Numbered from the stretch's first letter, positions 44,268 through 59,330 are shown. The stretch: DNA of 64,000 bases from Eukaryota sp. GEM-RC1 (GCA_040285855.1 JAUFOQ010000003.1:496001-560000), one strand, 5' to 3'. Made by a program: numbers and translations. The notes: generated from the sequence alone by a model not told the origin.

Positions 44268-45792
44268 CAGGGATGTTAAAAAATATATTTAAATAAATAT
44301 ATTGATATTGTCAAATTTGACGATAAATACATATATTTATTTCCAATATCTCTAGTACTAGTATAATGTAGAAAAAACAGGGTTTATGACAGGGCCTACG
44401 GAAAAATATTTAAATAAAATATGGCAAACTTTTTCTTGAATAAATAAATATGAGTTATTCCCGATGAAGAAAATAAATAATTGCAATTATTTAAATTATT
44501 TATTCAATGGAAACAAGGATACTACAACACTTCACAGACGTGATCTAACACAAACACTAGTACCTCTCCAGGTTTTGTGTGTTCTTATAACTTCCTAGAT
44601 CGGTTTCAGTGTTAAGAAGGAATGATTTTAATGTAGACACAGTGTTCTATTCAACGAGAATGTGGTCAAACCAAAGCGATGTTATTCAACAGTTACCGAA
44701 CAACAGCAAACACATTTTCACATATTTGGATAGTTTCAGGGTTGGAAGAATACAATCAATACCACGGGATTAGCGGTTTTGTGTTACGATGAGTAGAACT
44801 TTTTAAACCGATTTGGTCTGGCTCTGTTTCGATAGGGGAATGAACTTTGTCAAGCCCAGAAAGGAAAAACGCCATGTATTTGCACAAGATACCATCAATA
44901 TTTACAAAGGAGCTACCAAGACCACTACATCATCTCATATTCATGCTCAATTCTAAGAGATAGTTTAAAATTGAATCAAAAAATAGTTCAGAAAGTGTAC
45001 TCTTTTCTACTGCAATGAGTGCTGTATCTAGTCGCAGTACATGATAAAGACCGTACTGACGTTGCAGAATGTGACGAACTGCAACATGTTGCAGTTTTCA
45101 CCTTTATAGGTTGTCCAGTGAGAGAGCAAAAAATATAAAAATAATTTTTTATTTTCTGTTTTAATAAAATAAATAATGGAGAAACCCAACTTGAAAAAAT
45201 AAATAAAATATCATTATTTATTGTAAATATTTAAATACAAATATTTTTCCGTAGGCCCTGGTTTATGATCAATCAGAGAAAAAGTTCTAATGTAGTAATA
45301 CAGTCTACTCTTCGTCCATAACATCCCAATCTTGGTGCAACAAATCTTGACAAGGACTGTGGAGAAAAATGCTTCGAATAGTATTTTCATGTCATAGTTG
45401 CGCGTTGTACAGTAATAGTAACTGTTTCTCAAGGCTTGAAGGTTGCAAACGTGATCGAAGAGTGCCAATAGTAAGCATTGTACGACTGAACAATCTTTCG
45501 AACAACTAAAATCTATCGATATAGTCATTTTGATTTATAACTGTTTGTATCATATCTTATAAAATTGAGACAACGTTGAACGAGTTGTTTGAACAAAGTT
45601 CGACATTTGCAAATGAAAACACGACAATTTAGCATGAAAATACATTGTCACAATATTAAAATATATTGCAATATTATTGCATATTGCCGATTGAGACAAT
45701 AAATATATTGGTGATCCAACTGTTGACAATAAATAAATGAAAAATATGTATTGCCATAAATGAATAATAAATATATATTTTTAACATCCCTG
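44268..45792. mobile_element. hAT-type MITE (outer), containing a nested MITE
   Basis: TIR CAGGGATGTTAAAAATATAT; 8-bp TSD GAGCAGAG at 44260-44267 and 45793-45800. Confidence 0.9.
44390..45260. mobile_element. hAT-type MITE family A, copy 1 (871 bp)
   Basis: TIR CAGGGCCTACGGAAAAATATTT; 8-bp TSD GTTTATGA; inverted near-identical copy at 57082-57951. Confidence 0.95.
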
Positions 45793-45845
45793 GAGCAGAG
45801 ATCCAATTTGCAGTTCATACGACATTGTCTATAATTGCATTTATT

Positions 45846-46921
45846 TTACAACTGATCCATCAAATCCAAAAGGTCAGAATCATGAGATTGATGGTCTGCT
45901 GCAGTAGTAGACGTATCTAAAGAATCAATCAACTTCCTAAAGAAATCAGAATTCCCTTGTACAACAGAGTCTATATCAGGCCCTTCATCTTCTCCCACAT
46001 CTACATCATTTACCTCATCCCCTACTAGATTCAACACAACACCTTTGCCCTGAACATCTCCCAAAAGACTTTTTTGCCAATGACTTCATTTGAGAAGACT
46101 TGGGCTGAGGACTGGAGGAAACCTTTGGATCCGTTGTAGTTGCTGGTAACGTTGATGCTGTTGGTCGATCCTTATACAGATTACGACCATCGTGGTACAA
46201 TGGGAAAGAACTATCAGATGGAAAACAGGTAACCAACTCTGGGCTGAAGCGGACAAGCTTGTTGGACTTTAAACAACGACCAACCCCTGGCATTGATGCG
46301 TTTGGATGGCGAAAGTCTGGTACTGGGATAGTGATGCTTCCATTGGAAGCCTGTAGTTGAGCTGCGATTAATAGAGAAACTCGTGCATTGTGTAAAACCA
46401 AGAGATTAAGCAGATTTCGTCTAATCATGGTAAGTGACCATAGAGAAAGAGAATCTCGAAGATAGGAAAACTTGTTCTGTACGTAATGAATAGAATCAAG
46501 TTCCCCAGTTCTAGCAGCTATTTTTGCCATTTCATCGAGATGAGTAGAGGTGACAGAAAAAAAGATCCGCAGGTGAGATCATCCTGGTTAACTGAAACTT
46601 GAAAGTCATGTACTAGGATTGGTACAACACAGTGAGACATACCATTAAGTCTAGAAGACGGTCCATTGAGTCTGAATTAAGTTTCATGATGGAAGAGTGT
46701 GCTACACGGACAAACAAAGCACGAATGCATGGAAGACTAAGTAGAGGTTGGGGCATCAGAAGATCCTCAATGAAGGATTTGTTGAATAAAGCTGTCAAGA
46801 GATCTTTCAAAACTCTGTCTGCTTTGTGCTGAGGAACAGATTGAGCTTCGAGACGCTGTTCAAGAATATATATCATCTCTGCCCCCAAATTAACCACTAT
46901 GAAGGGAAGTTCCTGATTCAT
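45846..46921 (-). CDS. OSCP1: OSCP1 homolog (intron near 46615-46641; probable G-run indel near 46060)
   Basis: LPFIVVNLGAEMIYILEQRLEAQ...KADRVLKD...AHSSIMKLNSDSMDRLLDLM...FKFQ. Confidence 0.85.
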
Positions 46922-47005
46922 TGTTGAAGAGAACGATGTGAGGAGTGAGTTTTGTGAGGAGTATACAGACGAAAATTTTGTTTATTTTCTGTCTACTGTA
47001 CAGAA

Positions 47006-47898
47006 TAGGAATGTTAATTAGTTCAGTTCAGTTCATGAACTAGTTCAGTTCAGTTCACACCTCCATGAACTGAACTGAACTAAATGAACTTACATCATAT
47101 TCCATTTTTTATTACTACATAAATGTACTTTTTCACCACATATAAGGAACGCAGGATGAAGTATCCCAGTAGTGTTATGAAATGTCCAACTTAAAGCCTC
47201 GTAAGAACGCAAGTGTTTAAAGATCAAATTTACCTTTTTCTTAGGTAAATTTGTCTTTCTTAATGGTAAATTTACAGCAAAGAACCGAAAGCAGAAGAAG
47301 CGGAAGAAGAAGGTCGTCGAAAGCAAGTGCTTGCCGAGTTTAACAAGTATATCACAGAAGCTACTTGTGACGTTTCATCCAGTTCTTTACACTATTGGAC
47401 CCTAAATTACAACGCCTACCCTAGATTGTTAACACTCATTTGGAGAGATGAAACAATTCAAGCCAGAAGTGTTGCGTCTGAGCGTATGTTTTCACTTGCA
47501 GGACTGTTTGAATGTAAACAAAGACCCCGGTTAAGTGATGATTCAGTTCAATCGCTTGTTTGTTTGCACTCGTGGTTAATTACTGATGTCTAATGTTAGT
47601 GTAATGACGTATTAGCCTCATTTGTGTCATTTATAAATTCACTTATCTCCACATCATGGTACCTAAGACCAACACTAAATAGAATATGTTTTTCAAACAG
47701 TTTTACTAAATTTTGCAACTATTGAGTACTACATGTACTTGTTGATGACCTGTTGATTTGATCTTAGGCACATTATTGTAAAAACAATAGTATATTTGCT
47801 TCCAGTTCATATAGTTCAGTTCAGTTCATGGTAGTCAATGAACTAGTTCAGTTCAGTTCACACTTTTTTGAACTGAACTGAACTATTTAACATTCCTA
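47006..47898 (+). mobile_element. Internally deleted hAT transposon keeping the C-terminal dimerisation domain
   Basis: TIR TAGGAATGTTAA; TSD GTACAGAA at 46998-47005 and 47899-47906; AGTTC/GAACT subterminal repeats. ORF 47327-47593 reads LHYW...YPRL...SVASERMFSLAG...RPRLSD (hATC). Confidence 0.92.
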
Positions 47899-48188
47899 GT
47901 ACAGAATCTGTAGTCTGATTTATACTAAATGTAACAGACTAAACAACTAAAATTCGATAGTATTAAAAAAACACCCGTCTCTATCAAATCTTATAACAGC
48001 TTTGTCCTGATAAAAGGAACTCACAGATGATTAGGATAATTGTTTGAAATAATTGTAAACACGATACGATTCAACCATAACTTGTTTGTTCATCCCGTTT
48101 TTATACGATTTTTCCGAAATTTTTTAAAAAATTGAATGTACTTAAGAAAATTTTTCGTAATTCAATTAAACTCCAGACTAGTAAGAGC

Positions 48189-48845
48189 CAGGGATCCTCA
48201 TAAATAAATATAAATTCTATTTATTGCTATTTCTATATATTTTTGAACCTTTATGGCGATCATACAAATAAAACAAAATAAAACAAAATATAAATAAATA
48301 TAAATAAAATGTCGGAAAGGAAACTTCATTGATGTACATGGTACACGAGTTAATTTAGTGCTCAAGGTGGTTGATTGACTTGGAAACAGGAAGTGCGAAA
48401 TACTCAACCTCAGCCAGATATCAAAGTTGAGACATCTTTCCTCATACTTTGCTTTTTCTATGACGAACCTAACCGATGCAGACGAGACTTTATCTGAGTT
48501 CTAAGCCAATCTAAGGACTATATCCGGGCATATGACCAGTGAACGTTTCCCATGGTCGTCCACGATGCTGAATATTGAACTAATGTTGAAGATCCACAGA
48601 TCTCTATGGAAATGCCGACATAGTTAGAGCACTGATACTAAGCAGAAAGTCAACTAGCTTTTCTATCCAAAAAGGGATGATGAAATGGATTGTGTATTCA
48701 TCGATAGTTGACTGAAAGAAAACGAAGTAACAAAATATTTTGTTTTTATTTGGGTTTTATTTTGATTTAATTGTATTTATTTCACATTTATTTTTGGCAC
48801 TTTTTGATGTTCAAATTATTTTAAATTATCTTATGAGAGGGCCTG
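48189..48845. mobile_element. hAT-type MITE
   Basis: Imperfect TIRs CAGGGATCCTCATAA / CAGGCCCTCTCATAA; TSD GTAAGAGC / GTAAGCGC; AT-rich subterminal repeats. Confidence 0.7.
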
Positions 48846-49107
48846 GTAAGCGCTCACACGTCAGTCAACCCTCTGTAATTGTGCACAATTTGGTAATTTA
48901 TTTAGTACTGTATATATAGACCTACTCCTGGTAGTGTTGTCCAAACAACTCAATTACTTTTTGTTTTCTGCTATTGACTACATTATTGCAGCTCCAATGG
49001 TATCTTTTACTTTTGTCGGACAAACAACAGTTCTGTTGCACATTTCAAGCAAAATCAAAGGCTGTGAAACCTCTTTGATGGACACAAGAGAGAACTCGTA
49101 TATCGTC

Positions 49108-49665
49108 GAGGTCCTAATACATGCAAGGTCCTAATAGAAGCATAGTAGAGGGTATGCTTGTATTGTTTCAAAAAATAGACTCACAGATTTCTCTTAAAAA
49201 ATACTGATCTCTGTATATAAAACCGAAGAGATTCATATTGGAATTATTTATAGATTTTATTATCTACACTCTTCACAACCATTAGTCTGAATCAGACTAA
49301 TTATTGTTTAAACACTTTAGGAATGTCCAAAAATTTATGTGAAATGGTATTGAACACTCCATTTTTTTCTAGACACTGTTTGAATTGACGGATACAAAAC
49401 TTGTCCCACGCTATTCACACTTGCTTGAAAGACAATTCTGTCACTAATCTATTTTTAAGAGACAATCTGATAGTAGACCAGTCCTGTTTCTGGATTTCTT
49501 CGGTCCACAACTACCATTAACGGTATAAACAACGATCGTGGTGTTCAATTTAACAATATACAAAGGGAGATTTAAAGGACCCTAATACAAGCACGGTTCC
49601 AATACAAGCATACTAAAGGGTATGCTTGTATAGTATTTAAGGTTGCTTGTATTAGGACCCCCTGA
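49108..49665. repeat. Possible degenerate MITE with repeated CTAATACAAGC-like motifs at both ends
   Basis: GGTCCTAATACA at about 49110 is inverted relative to TGTATTAGGACC at about 49648; internal motif copies present; no TSD identified. Confidence 0.4.
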
Positions 49666-49973
49666 CGATAGGCAATTTTTACACGATTATTCATGAATGG
49701 ATTACCTAATCCAATCATGTTAGCATCAACTGAACCATCCTTTGTTTGAAAATCGAGTATATCATTATCACACAAAGCTATATTGCAATACTGTTAGTCT
49801 TGCTTTGTCGTCAATATAATTACCGAATGTTGTCTCTTTTGTATTTTAATGCGCTATGTAAAAAAAAGTTTATCGATGAAGGGAACAAAAATACATATCA
49901 TAATAAAATGCTCTATGTTCTTGTCAATTCTACCACTGCCCAAAGATCTTTGTTTTAGTCTGCGTGATGATGC

Positions 49974-51166
49974 TAGGAATGTAAAATAAATACATATATT
50001 GTACAATAACAATAAATATATTTATTGTTATCTTATTGTGACGTCTCTCTCAACAATATCTTCATCTTGAAAACTCAACAATATACGACATATTTCAATA
50101 AGATAAGATAATTCAAGAACATTCTACTTCTTGCTGTAACCTGATTTTATCTTGATGTCAATTTTGTATAAAGTAGGATTGTGGTGAAGCATTTGAACTC
50201 CAAGGTAACAGCGAACGATTGGCTTAAATAAAAGATTGTACAAACGTAAACAGCAACGAACTAATCAAGATCGACAGTATATAGATTTAAGTTGGATACC
50301 TGCAACTAGAAATGAAGATGGGTTGCTTTTCAGTCTAGCTCAGAAGGACTTCAGGAAACACTAAACCAAATTTGAACTCAAAAGTGTTAGGAAAACAACT
50401 GTTCTTGTTGTACAATGTTGATCTATGTCATCAAACTTCTATTGGAAAACTTTAATATAGTATCTCACTATATCTGGGCATGACAACAATTGAATTCTGT
50501 CATGACACTCCATGTCATGACAGTATGACAAGCAACCACTGCTTCCAATATTTATTGATAGGTATTCAACAATAGTCTACATGTATGAATAACCTTTTTT
50601 CTTCATTTCCACAATATTTTCAGTTCTTATACCGCTAAGGACCTCACTGAATAATCTTTTGCACCAGCACGAGTTTGGGGTTCACTTGTTGTGATATAAT
50701 TACATCATTATCATCAATATGTCACTTAAACTAAAGATTTTGCATTTAAACATGGAATATCAGATAATGTCAGAATGGGACTGTATTAAGAAAGAAAGGT
50801 TGTTTGGAAAAGTCCAGTGACAAAAGATTCATTTGTTTCAGATGTATTCGCATCAATCAATTGGCATTAAATGATATGTCACAATACTTCACAAAAACCA
50901 CATTGTCGTCATGACACAAATTTGTCATGACGTCATGATGTCATGCCCAGGTTTGTATCACACACCTCAATCCAATCAGGCTACAATTGATGGATGTAAT
51001 CAAATTCTTGTTTTTAATGATTTGTTTACTGTCGTTATTGAAGATATATTAATTGTATTGACTCAAGATAACCAATAAATAAGATAAGATATCAATCCAG
51101 ACAATATATTTATTGTTGAATGTCAGAAACAGCATAAAATAACAATGAGATATTTTTACATTGCTG
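49974..51166. mobile_element. hAT-type MITE (outer), containing a nested MITE
   Basis: TIRs TAGGAATGTAAAA / TTTTACATTGCTG; TSD GATGATGC at 49966-49973 and 51167-51174. Confidence 0.8.
50469..50955. mobile_element. Nested MITE with CATGACA subterminal repeats
   Basis: TIR core CTGGGCATGACA / TGTCATGCCCAG; near-perfect TSD TATCTCAC / TATCACAC. Confidence 0.75.
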
Positions 51167-51315
51167 GATGATGCGTATTGGTACAAGTATTGAAATACAC
51201 GTACTAAGGCATTTCTATTATTTTTATATACAAAAATTTTCTATATATAAAAATATGAAAGTCTAATAAAGTCTTTAGTTTTACACATGATAAATACCTA
51301 TACATAATGATGCAT

Positions 51316-52657
51316 CTATTGAGATCGTGGTCTTCTAAACAGCACCTGTGATCCACAATGACTACTACCATACATAGCCTGAATGGCAGTAAAGTCAATC
51401 AACGATATCTTACCGTCGAACAATGGATGTCTTGCGATCTTTCTGGCCACAGATTCATTAACACAAACAATGTTAGAATCCCCCAACAACAAGTGATTAC
51501 ATCCATAATTAGCTTGCTCCTGATCAGTAACATAGATAATCTCCCAACCCTCTTGTTCCAAAAACTTAGTGAACTCAACGTCACTCACAGTTTTGACGTA
51601 CTTTTGATGACTGTCGCGACGTTCATAAACATCAACTAGACGTCTCCTGGGAGAGTCTTCTCCTTTAATAGAATCTAAACAAACACAAATACGGTCAGAA
51701 ACAATATTAAAAACACAATCAAGATGCATGCGATCCTGACTCTGATCAAACTCGTCACGTACAACACAAACACGCCGCGTTCCAAACCAATTATTCCTCA
51801 TCAGTTGTTCAACCGCAGTCATATTAGAACGAAGTCCAAGGCCAATAAAACACGTCTCACGACCTAATGGGAAGAAATCTCCTCCTTCTAAGGTTCCTGG
51901 CTCTTCTACTGAACCAAGAGGGTTAACGCCAAGCTTCTCCAGGCAGAATTTCATGACAGCGATTTCGTTAGCACGTTGGCTTGAGTTGAGCCTCATCATG
52001 ACGACACCAGCAGCGGTTGTCTAGTGTGAGACAGATGCAAGTACATACAATTTGTTGATCACGACAGAATACAAGGTTGCCTAGTGGTTTGAAGGTTGTT
52101 GAATCAGCAACAACTTCAGTGTTAATATCAGATTTTGATAGAGTGACCATTGGCTGTGAAATGATGAGCTCTACAAGATTTTCAGTATCCATGGCACTAA
52201 TGGCGGAACGTTTGTAATCATCAGAGAGAAACACAAGCTCAGATTCAGACAAATCAGGAGTATCATCATCAAGCTTATATTTGAGACATTTGAAAGCAAA
52301 ATCCTCAAGTTGGATTCTTGATTTAAGATCGGAATCACAGCCCATGGCAAGAACTTCTCGTACAGTGTGTACAGTGGCACCGTTATCACGTAAGGTTTTC
52401 ACAAAGGTTCTGTGTTGCTTCAATGAGAAGATGGAATGAAACGAACCTTTTTGCCTTTAAGAGATTAACTGGTCTTTCATAGAGAGAGCCATTAGGATGT
52501 AGAGAGCCCATGAAAATTTCAATGCCAGGTTCATGGACAAGAATGAGTTCAGCAACATCGTTCTCATGTTCTTGGAAAAATGAGATTCACGTTTGAGCTG
52601 CTTCGCATCAAAAACAGTGATAGGATAGGGAGAAAGGGAAGGTTCAGAAGTTTTCAT
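51316..52657 (-). CDS. Arginine deiminase (eukaryotic/metamonad-like type) with short introns
   Basis: HENDVAELILVHEP, GSLHPNGSLYERPVN, NLVFCRDQQI, TLEGGDF, RMHLDCVF, MYGSSHCGSQV (amidinotransferase catalytic D/E/H/C). Introns at about 52021-52048 and 52419-52447. Confidence 0.88.
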
Positions 52658-53012
52658 GAGGGAGGAAAAATTTTGAGGCAAAACAGAATACTAATATGAG
52701 TCATATTATATGACCAATTACGGCTCCAAGCTCATGCTCATTCCATCATTCAACCACCAGTGTTTGACATTGTGATTTAAACCATCACTATGAACAATTT
52801 GGTCAGGTATTCAGCCTTTTATGCAAAAAGGACAGTAATTACAATCAACAATTGATCTTGGATTTTCTGTTTGACTCAAAAGTATGTATTCAAAAGTAGC
52901 ATCATGTGTCAAAAATTTAGTGTCACAGAGTTTTGACATGATGATTCTTATAGACTCTAGAAAGGAAAGTGTGGTTTTATTCAAGAGAATTCCAAAGAAA
53001 CATTTTTTTCCA

Positions 53013-54034
<1,022 letters not shown>

Positions 54035-55569
54035 ACATAGTTTTTTATTTGAATTATAAATTTCGCTGTGTAAATTCTACCTATTCTGTGCAGTTATGCT
54101 ACAGTGTGTTATTGTAAGAGCTAGCATCTAGGCAAAAGATGTTGTTGAAAAGGAACGAAATTAGTAAAGGGTTTTTGCGAATCACGTATGGACAAGTAAC
54201 ATACTCTTTCCATACTTGGAGAATACAACAGAGAAGGGGAGCACAACCACTTCAAATTTAATTATGGCAAATTTTTGACCATGAAACAGAATTTTGGTTT
54301 GAAAATCTGAAGTTGGATGACGTGAGCCTATCACCAAGACAGTGATGTACCCAACATCACTTGTAAAGTGATAGTCACATGTAAAGTGATAGTCAGTGGC
54401 TAACTGATGGGCTCATTGTTGACCTCGGCGGCAAATTCTGGGTAGGGTTTTATAATGTCTCAAGTCACTTCCAACGCTTCCAGGAAGCGAGCACCCCTTT
54501 TGGAATATTGGCCCACGTGGCCGAACGGTTGCCCACTGAAACCTCTGTTTTGGGAGTCAGACTCATCAACAGTATGTAGTTGTTTGCTTCTTTGTTATAA
54601 CCTCAGACTATCTGTATCGGGTTCCTTTTCGTGGGAACCAACAGATAGACCCCATCGAAGTGGGACTGGTAATATTCAACAAGAAAGCAGGTCTTCCACT
54701 TCCAGTGAAGAACAATTGGTTACTGCCACTCAAGCCATCTTGCGCCAAGTACCAGTGTCTGGAGATGGAGATCCAACTGCTAAAGCAGCAATTGTATACT
54801 CTACAACAACAAAGTGTTGTTGTTGATGGTGTCCTAGACTTGTCGGTCTAGTATTACTTTGCTCTGACCTTGGATGATATATTTTTTCCTGTTTAGGACT
54901 ACTATTAGGATCACTAATAAACCTTTGTTTCCATCACAAAACTTGATCACAACAAATTTTACAGCCATCCTCTGTTTCTTCAAAGCAAACTTTTCTATCC
55001 AGTTTTTAAAAATTTGTGATATGGGCTTTGTCATGAATATATCATCGAAACAGTTCTGCTGGAATTTATTCAAGATTTCCAAAATGATTCCCATGCAAAC
55101 ACATTATTAAGTTAGTCGAAATTCAGACTATCCTCGATGCTATAAGATTGACTGAGGATTCGGACCTCATTAAAATACATCACGCAATTTGAGTGTATCA
55201 GTAGCTATTATTCCAAAGTTGTTTGATTCAAAACAGCATTGTTCCAAGTCAAAGTACTTCTAAACCACTAACTACATTTACATAGAAGGTCTTTCTTTTC
55301 AAACAACACAAGTATTTTTGGATGTAAGCACTAAACACTCTAACAATCAATATCCCCCAAAAATCCAAGTTTCGTGTTTGGAAATTTTTGTTCTGGTAAA
55401 CGGTTTTGAGTCAATATCGACATAATCTGAAATGTGACAAAACGACAATCTGTATTTTGAAAGTTATGTTTTCACTGAAGTTTTTTTTTGTGAAGTGAAT
55501 CTTTTATAGAACAAAAACACTAAAATAAAAACAAATACTAGAACTCAATATCATTAAAGCAACAGTCAT

Positions 55570-58150
55570 TGCCATTAAAACTCACATCAGCCTTTTCTTC
55601 ATAAAAAACACTAAGAGCTAATAGAGCTTTTGAAATCATGATAGGAATTGTTTTAAATATTGTAAAAACAATACGATTCAACCAAAATTTGAAATCAAAT
55701 TTCTTGTTCATTCTTTTTTGACCACTTTCTCAAAATCAGAGAGAAAACAAAGAGCATCTCTACCAAGTCGACCATAAATTGAAATTGCAAAAGGACATAA
55801 TTTGTACTCAACATGTCTAATATGCTTAAGAGCAGTCAATGGTTCATCATATTTGTTTCTCTTGTATTGTTCTGATGAATTCAGCGGAGAAACTTCATTT
55901 TTAGCATCCTTGAAAGCACTTTTTTTGCAAACATCCACAGTAATCACATCAACAACGGTTAGTTCATCGTTGACTGATGGAACTATGACATCAGCTCTTC
56001 TTTTACCAAAAGTCTTATCAGAATCACTATTTTTTAAAATATTGATTTCCAGTGACCTCAACAGTGGCTCAACGAAAGATTCGATTTTGTAGGACTTACA
56101 CATGGCATGAATTTGATCTCTAACAGCATCATGAATACAAGTTCTATAAGTAATGAAACGATTACAACTCAAAAGGTGAGAAAAAGTAACTAATTTACCA
56201 CATTTGCATTGAAGATCATTGGGTAAATTAGAGGGCCACAAGAAACATCGAAGTCTGAATGTTGTAGTCCATTGATGATCATTCAACAACAAACCATAAA
56301 TCTGAGGGATTTGGTTAATCAAAGCAACTGAAGAACTGTCCTTCAAATCAATTAAAAATTTGCGAACCCTGGATTTTTTTCTTTGGCCGAGCCAAGTTGA
56401 ATTTTAAAATCCAGACATTCAAAATGTTTTAATAGGTGTTTTTGGAGTTTCTTAAGAGCATATTTTAACGAGGTGACACATCGTTCTGGTATTTCACAAA
56501 TATCTGCTGGAAAACAAGTTTGCCAGAGGTCAGATGAAATTAGCGACAATTCTGATCTCAAATTTACCAAGAAAAAACTATTTGTCGAAACAAGAAGATT
56601 TTCTTGACTTGGATAACGTCTGCAGAACTCAAAGACAAAATTCTTACCACCACCAATGAAAGCAGATTTGGTCCACCATTTAGATGAAGTGAATCCAATA
56701 CCACCAAGATGAGGATCTGAGAAGATGTGATTGTTCAAAGCAGCAGGATCCACTGATAACAAAAATGCAAGAAAGTCAGTACGAATTTTGTTAAAGCTTC
56801 TACAGAAGTTATAGGTAAGTACAGGGGGTAGAGAGCGAAGCAGATGAGTAACTTTTCCTGAATAACAAATTTTTAGCATGAAGAATTTGAGATGTTTTTC
56901 CAATTGCAATTCCTTAATTTGATCTAATTCTTTTCGCATTGAGTCCAAATAAACATTCAGATCTTTAACTATGTTGTCATGTGAACCAAGATAGCAACCT
57001 AGAAATCTAAAGCTTGAAGATAAGTAGTTCACAAAGGGAACCTCTAAAGAATTAACAATTAAAGTTACAGGTACCTTGGCACAGGGCCTACGGAAAAATA
57101 TTTGTATTTAAATATTTACAATTAATAATGATATTTTATTTATTTTTTCAAGTTGGGTTTCTCCATTATTTATTTTATGAAAACAGAAAATAAAAAATTA
57201 TTTTTATATTTATTTGCTCTCTCACTGGACAACCTATAAAGGTGAAAACTGCAACATGTTGCAGTTCGTCACATTTGCAACGTCAGTACGGTCTTTATCA
57301 TGTACTGCGACTAGACACAAAACTCATTACAGTAGAGAAGCGTACACTTTTTGACCTATTTTTGATTCAATTTTAAACTATCTCTTAGAATTGAGCATGA
57401 ATATGAGATGATGTAGTGGTCTTGGTAGCTCTGTTGTAATTATTGATGGTATCTTGTGTAAATACATGGTGTTTTTCCTTTCTGGGCTTGACAAAGTTCA
57501 TTCCCCTATCGAAATAGAGCCAGACCAAATCGGTTTAAAAAGTTCTACTCATCGTAACACAAAACCGCTAATCCCGTGGTATTGATTGTATTCTTCCAAC
57601 CCTGAAACTATCCAAATATGTGAAAATGTGTTTGCTGTTGTTCGGTAACTGTTGAATAACATCGCTTTGGTTTGACCACATTCTCGTTGAATAGAACACT
57701 GTGTCTACATTAAAATCATTCCTTGTTAACACTGAAACCGATCTGGGAAGTTATAAGAACACACAAAACCTGGAGAGGTACTAGTGTTTGTGTTAGATCA
57801 CGTCTGTGAAGTGTTGTAGCATCCTGGTTTCCATTGAATAAATAATTTAAATAATTGCAATTATTTATTTTCTTCATCGGGAATAACTCATATTTATTTA
57901 TTCAAGAAAAAGTTTGCCATATTTTATTTAAATATTTTTCCGTAGGCCCTGCCTTGGCAATCAAAAAACATTTTTGCACATTTAATTGAAGTCCAATTGC
58001 ATCGTACAAATCAGCAGCCTGATTCGCAATAATACGAAGAGTTGACATAGGAGCAATAAAAGAAATGTCATCCATATAAGCTACAATTTCTAAGTCTGCA
58101 TGGTCTTCTTTGAGTTTTTTCACTGAAGTGGTGCTTGAAGTTATCAATTT
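55570..58150 (-). mobile_element. 5'-truncated CRE-like non-LTR retrotransposon interrupted by MITE A
   Basis: AYMDD (RT) at about 58075; FLGCYLG; KVTHLLRS; LGGIGF; CKCG...HLLSC; RRADVI...DVITVD; K..KY; PFAISIYGRLG (RLE). Confidence 0.85.
57082..57951. mobile_element. hAT-type MITE family A, copy 2 (870 bp, inverted)
   Basis: Same TIR as 44390-45260; TSD CCTTGGCA at 57074-57081 and 57952-57959. Confidence 0.95.
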
Positions 58151-58345
58151 TTCATTTCTCTCAACAAATCGTCATACGCGAAGTTTTGTAGTTGAATTCG
58201 ACAACTGGAAGATCGCAAATTGTGTTACTCAATATCACATCACAGACAGTATTGCTGTTGGAATACTCACCTTAAAAATAGAGGTTGAACTTCAAAGAAT
58301 CTAAGCTATACGTCAACTTGATGTATAATGATGAATTGAAGTCAA

Positions 58346-58417
58346 TCGCATATGGTGTAGTGGTTAGCATTAATGTCTTTCACATATTAGACCCGGGTTC
58401 GATTCCCGGTATGCGAA
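58346..58417 (+). tRNA. tRNA-Glu(TTC)
   Basis: Acceptor stem TCGCATA/TATGCGA, D-arm TGGTGTAGTGGTTAGCA, anticodon loop CT-TTC-AC, T-arm CCGGGTTCGATTCCCGG, followed by TTTT. Confidence 0.9.
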
Positions 58418-58449
58418 TTTTGATTAATAGAACGATGATTTATCACTTC

Positions 58450-59330
58450 AAACATATCAAATTGTTGCAAAGAATCCTTCGCAAATTTTCAAGCGAATTC
58501 CCAGGATTAAGGTTGAACTCGTATGCTGATGATACCTCTTTGGTTGGCTCCTTTGGAAGTCACCAAATCGAGTTTTCCTCGTTTTGTTGAATTGTCTTCT
58601 AGTATTGGTTTGTCAATTAATTTTCAAAAATGTCTTGTCATTGGACGTTCTTCAGTTGATTTGAATTTTGGGGAATCTTCCATTCCGTTTGTCAATTATT
58701 CAGATGAATGTGTCAAGTTTTTGGGCAATTATATTGGTAATGATGACAAAATTAAGGAGACTTTATCACATAAGAATAATTGTATCTTTCAGCAGCTTAA
58801 CCAAATCGTTGATCTAGATGTAGGCAAACAAATTTCTTTTGCTATGACGTGGTTTACCGGCTGAACTAACTCTCGAATTATCTCGTAATTTTAATTCATT
58901 GCGCACAAATTTTGTTAGTTATCTGGTTGGTAACAAAGACTCTTCATTTCCTTCTCATTGTTTCACTTCTACTTCTTTTGGTGGTATTGGTTTCACGAAA
59001 GCTAAGTACATGCGTGATGGTGCCTGTTTGGGACCTTTAAAGAATTTTTGTTTGAATTTCAGAATCGTTATCCTGTGTTATGGAAAACGAAAGATTTTTT
59101 ACTTCACTCACCTTGTGCATGGTTAATTAGTCTTCAAAATTTAATTGATAACCTTGACTCCAATTTGTGGTCAGAGTTATTTCCTGTTGGGGTAACAGAA
59201 ATTCAGCAGAGAAGCATTTTCTCTTTGCCTTTGTGTGTTCGCAAGTTACAGAAGAAGTTTGTTTTGTTTCACGAAAGATTTTTTAGACATAATTATTCAT
59301 TAAAAGGAAGAGTTTATTTGCAACAATAAA
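58450..59330 (+). mobile_element. Degenerate CRE-like RT fragment
   Basis: SYADD, GLSINFQKC, KFLGNYIG, FGGIGF; multiple frameshifts. Confidence 0.75.

Noticed and set aside
54100..55110. Short ORFs and an ~18-bp direct repeat (about 54358-54396)
   Set aside because: No family motif, termini or TSD found; probably an unidentified repeat remnant.
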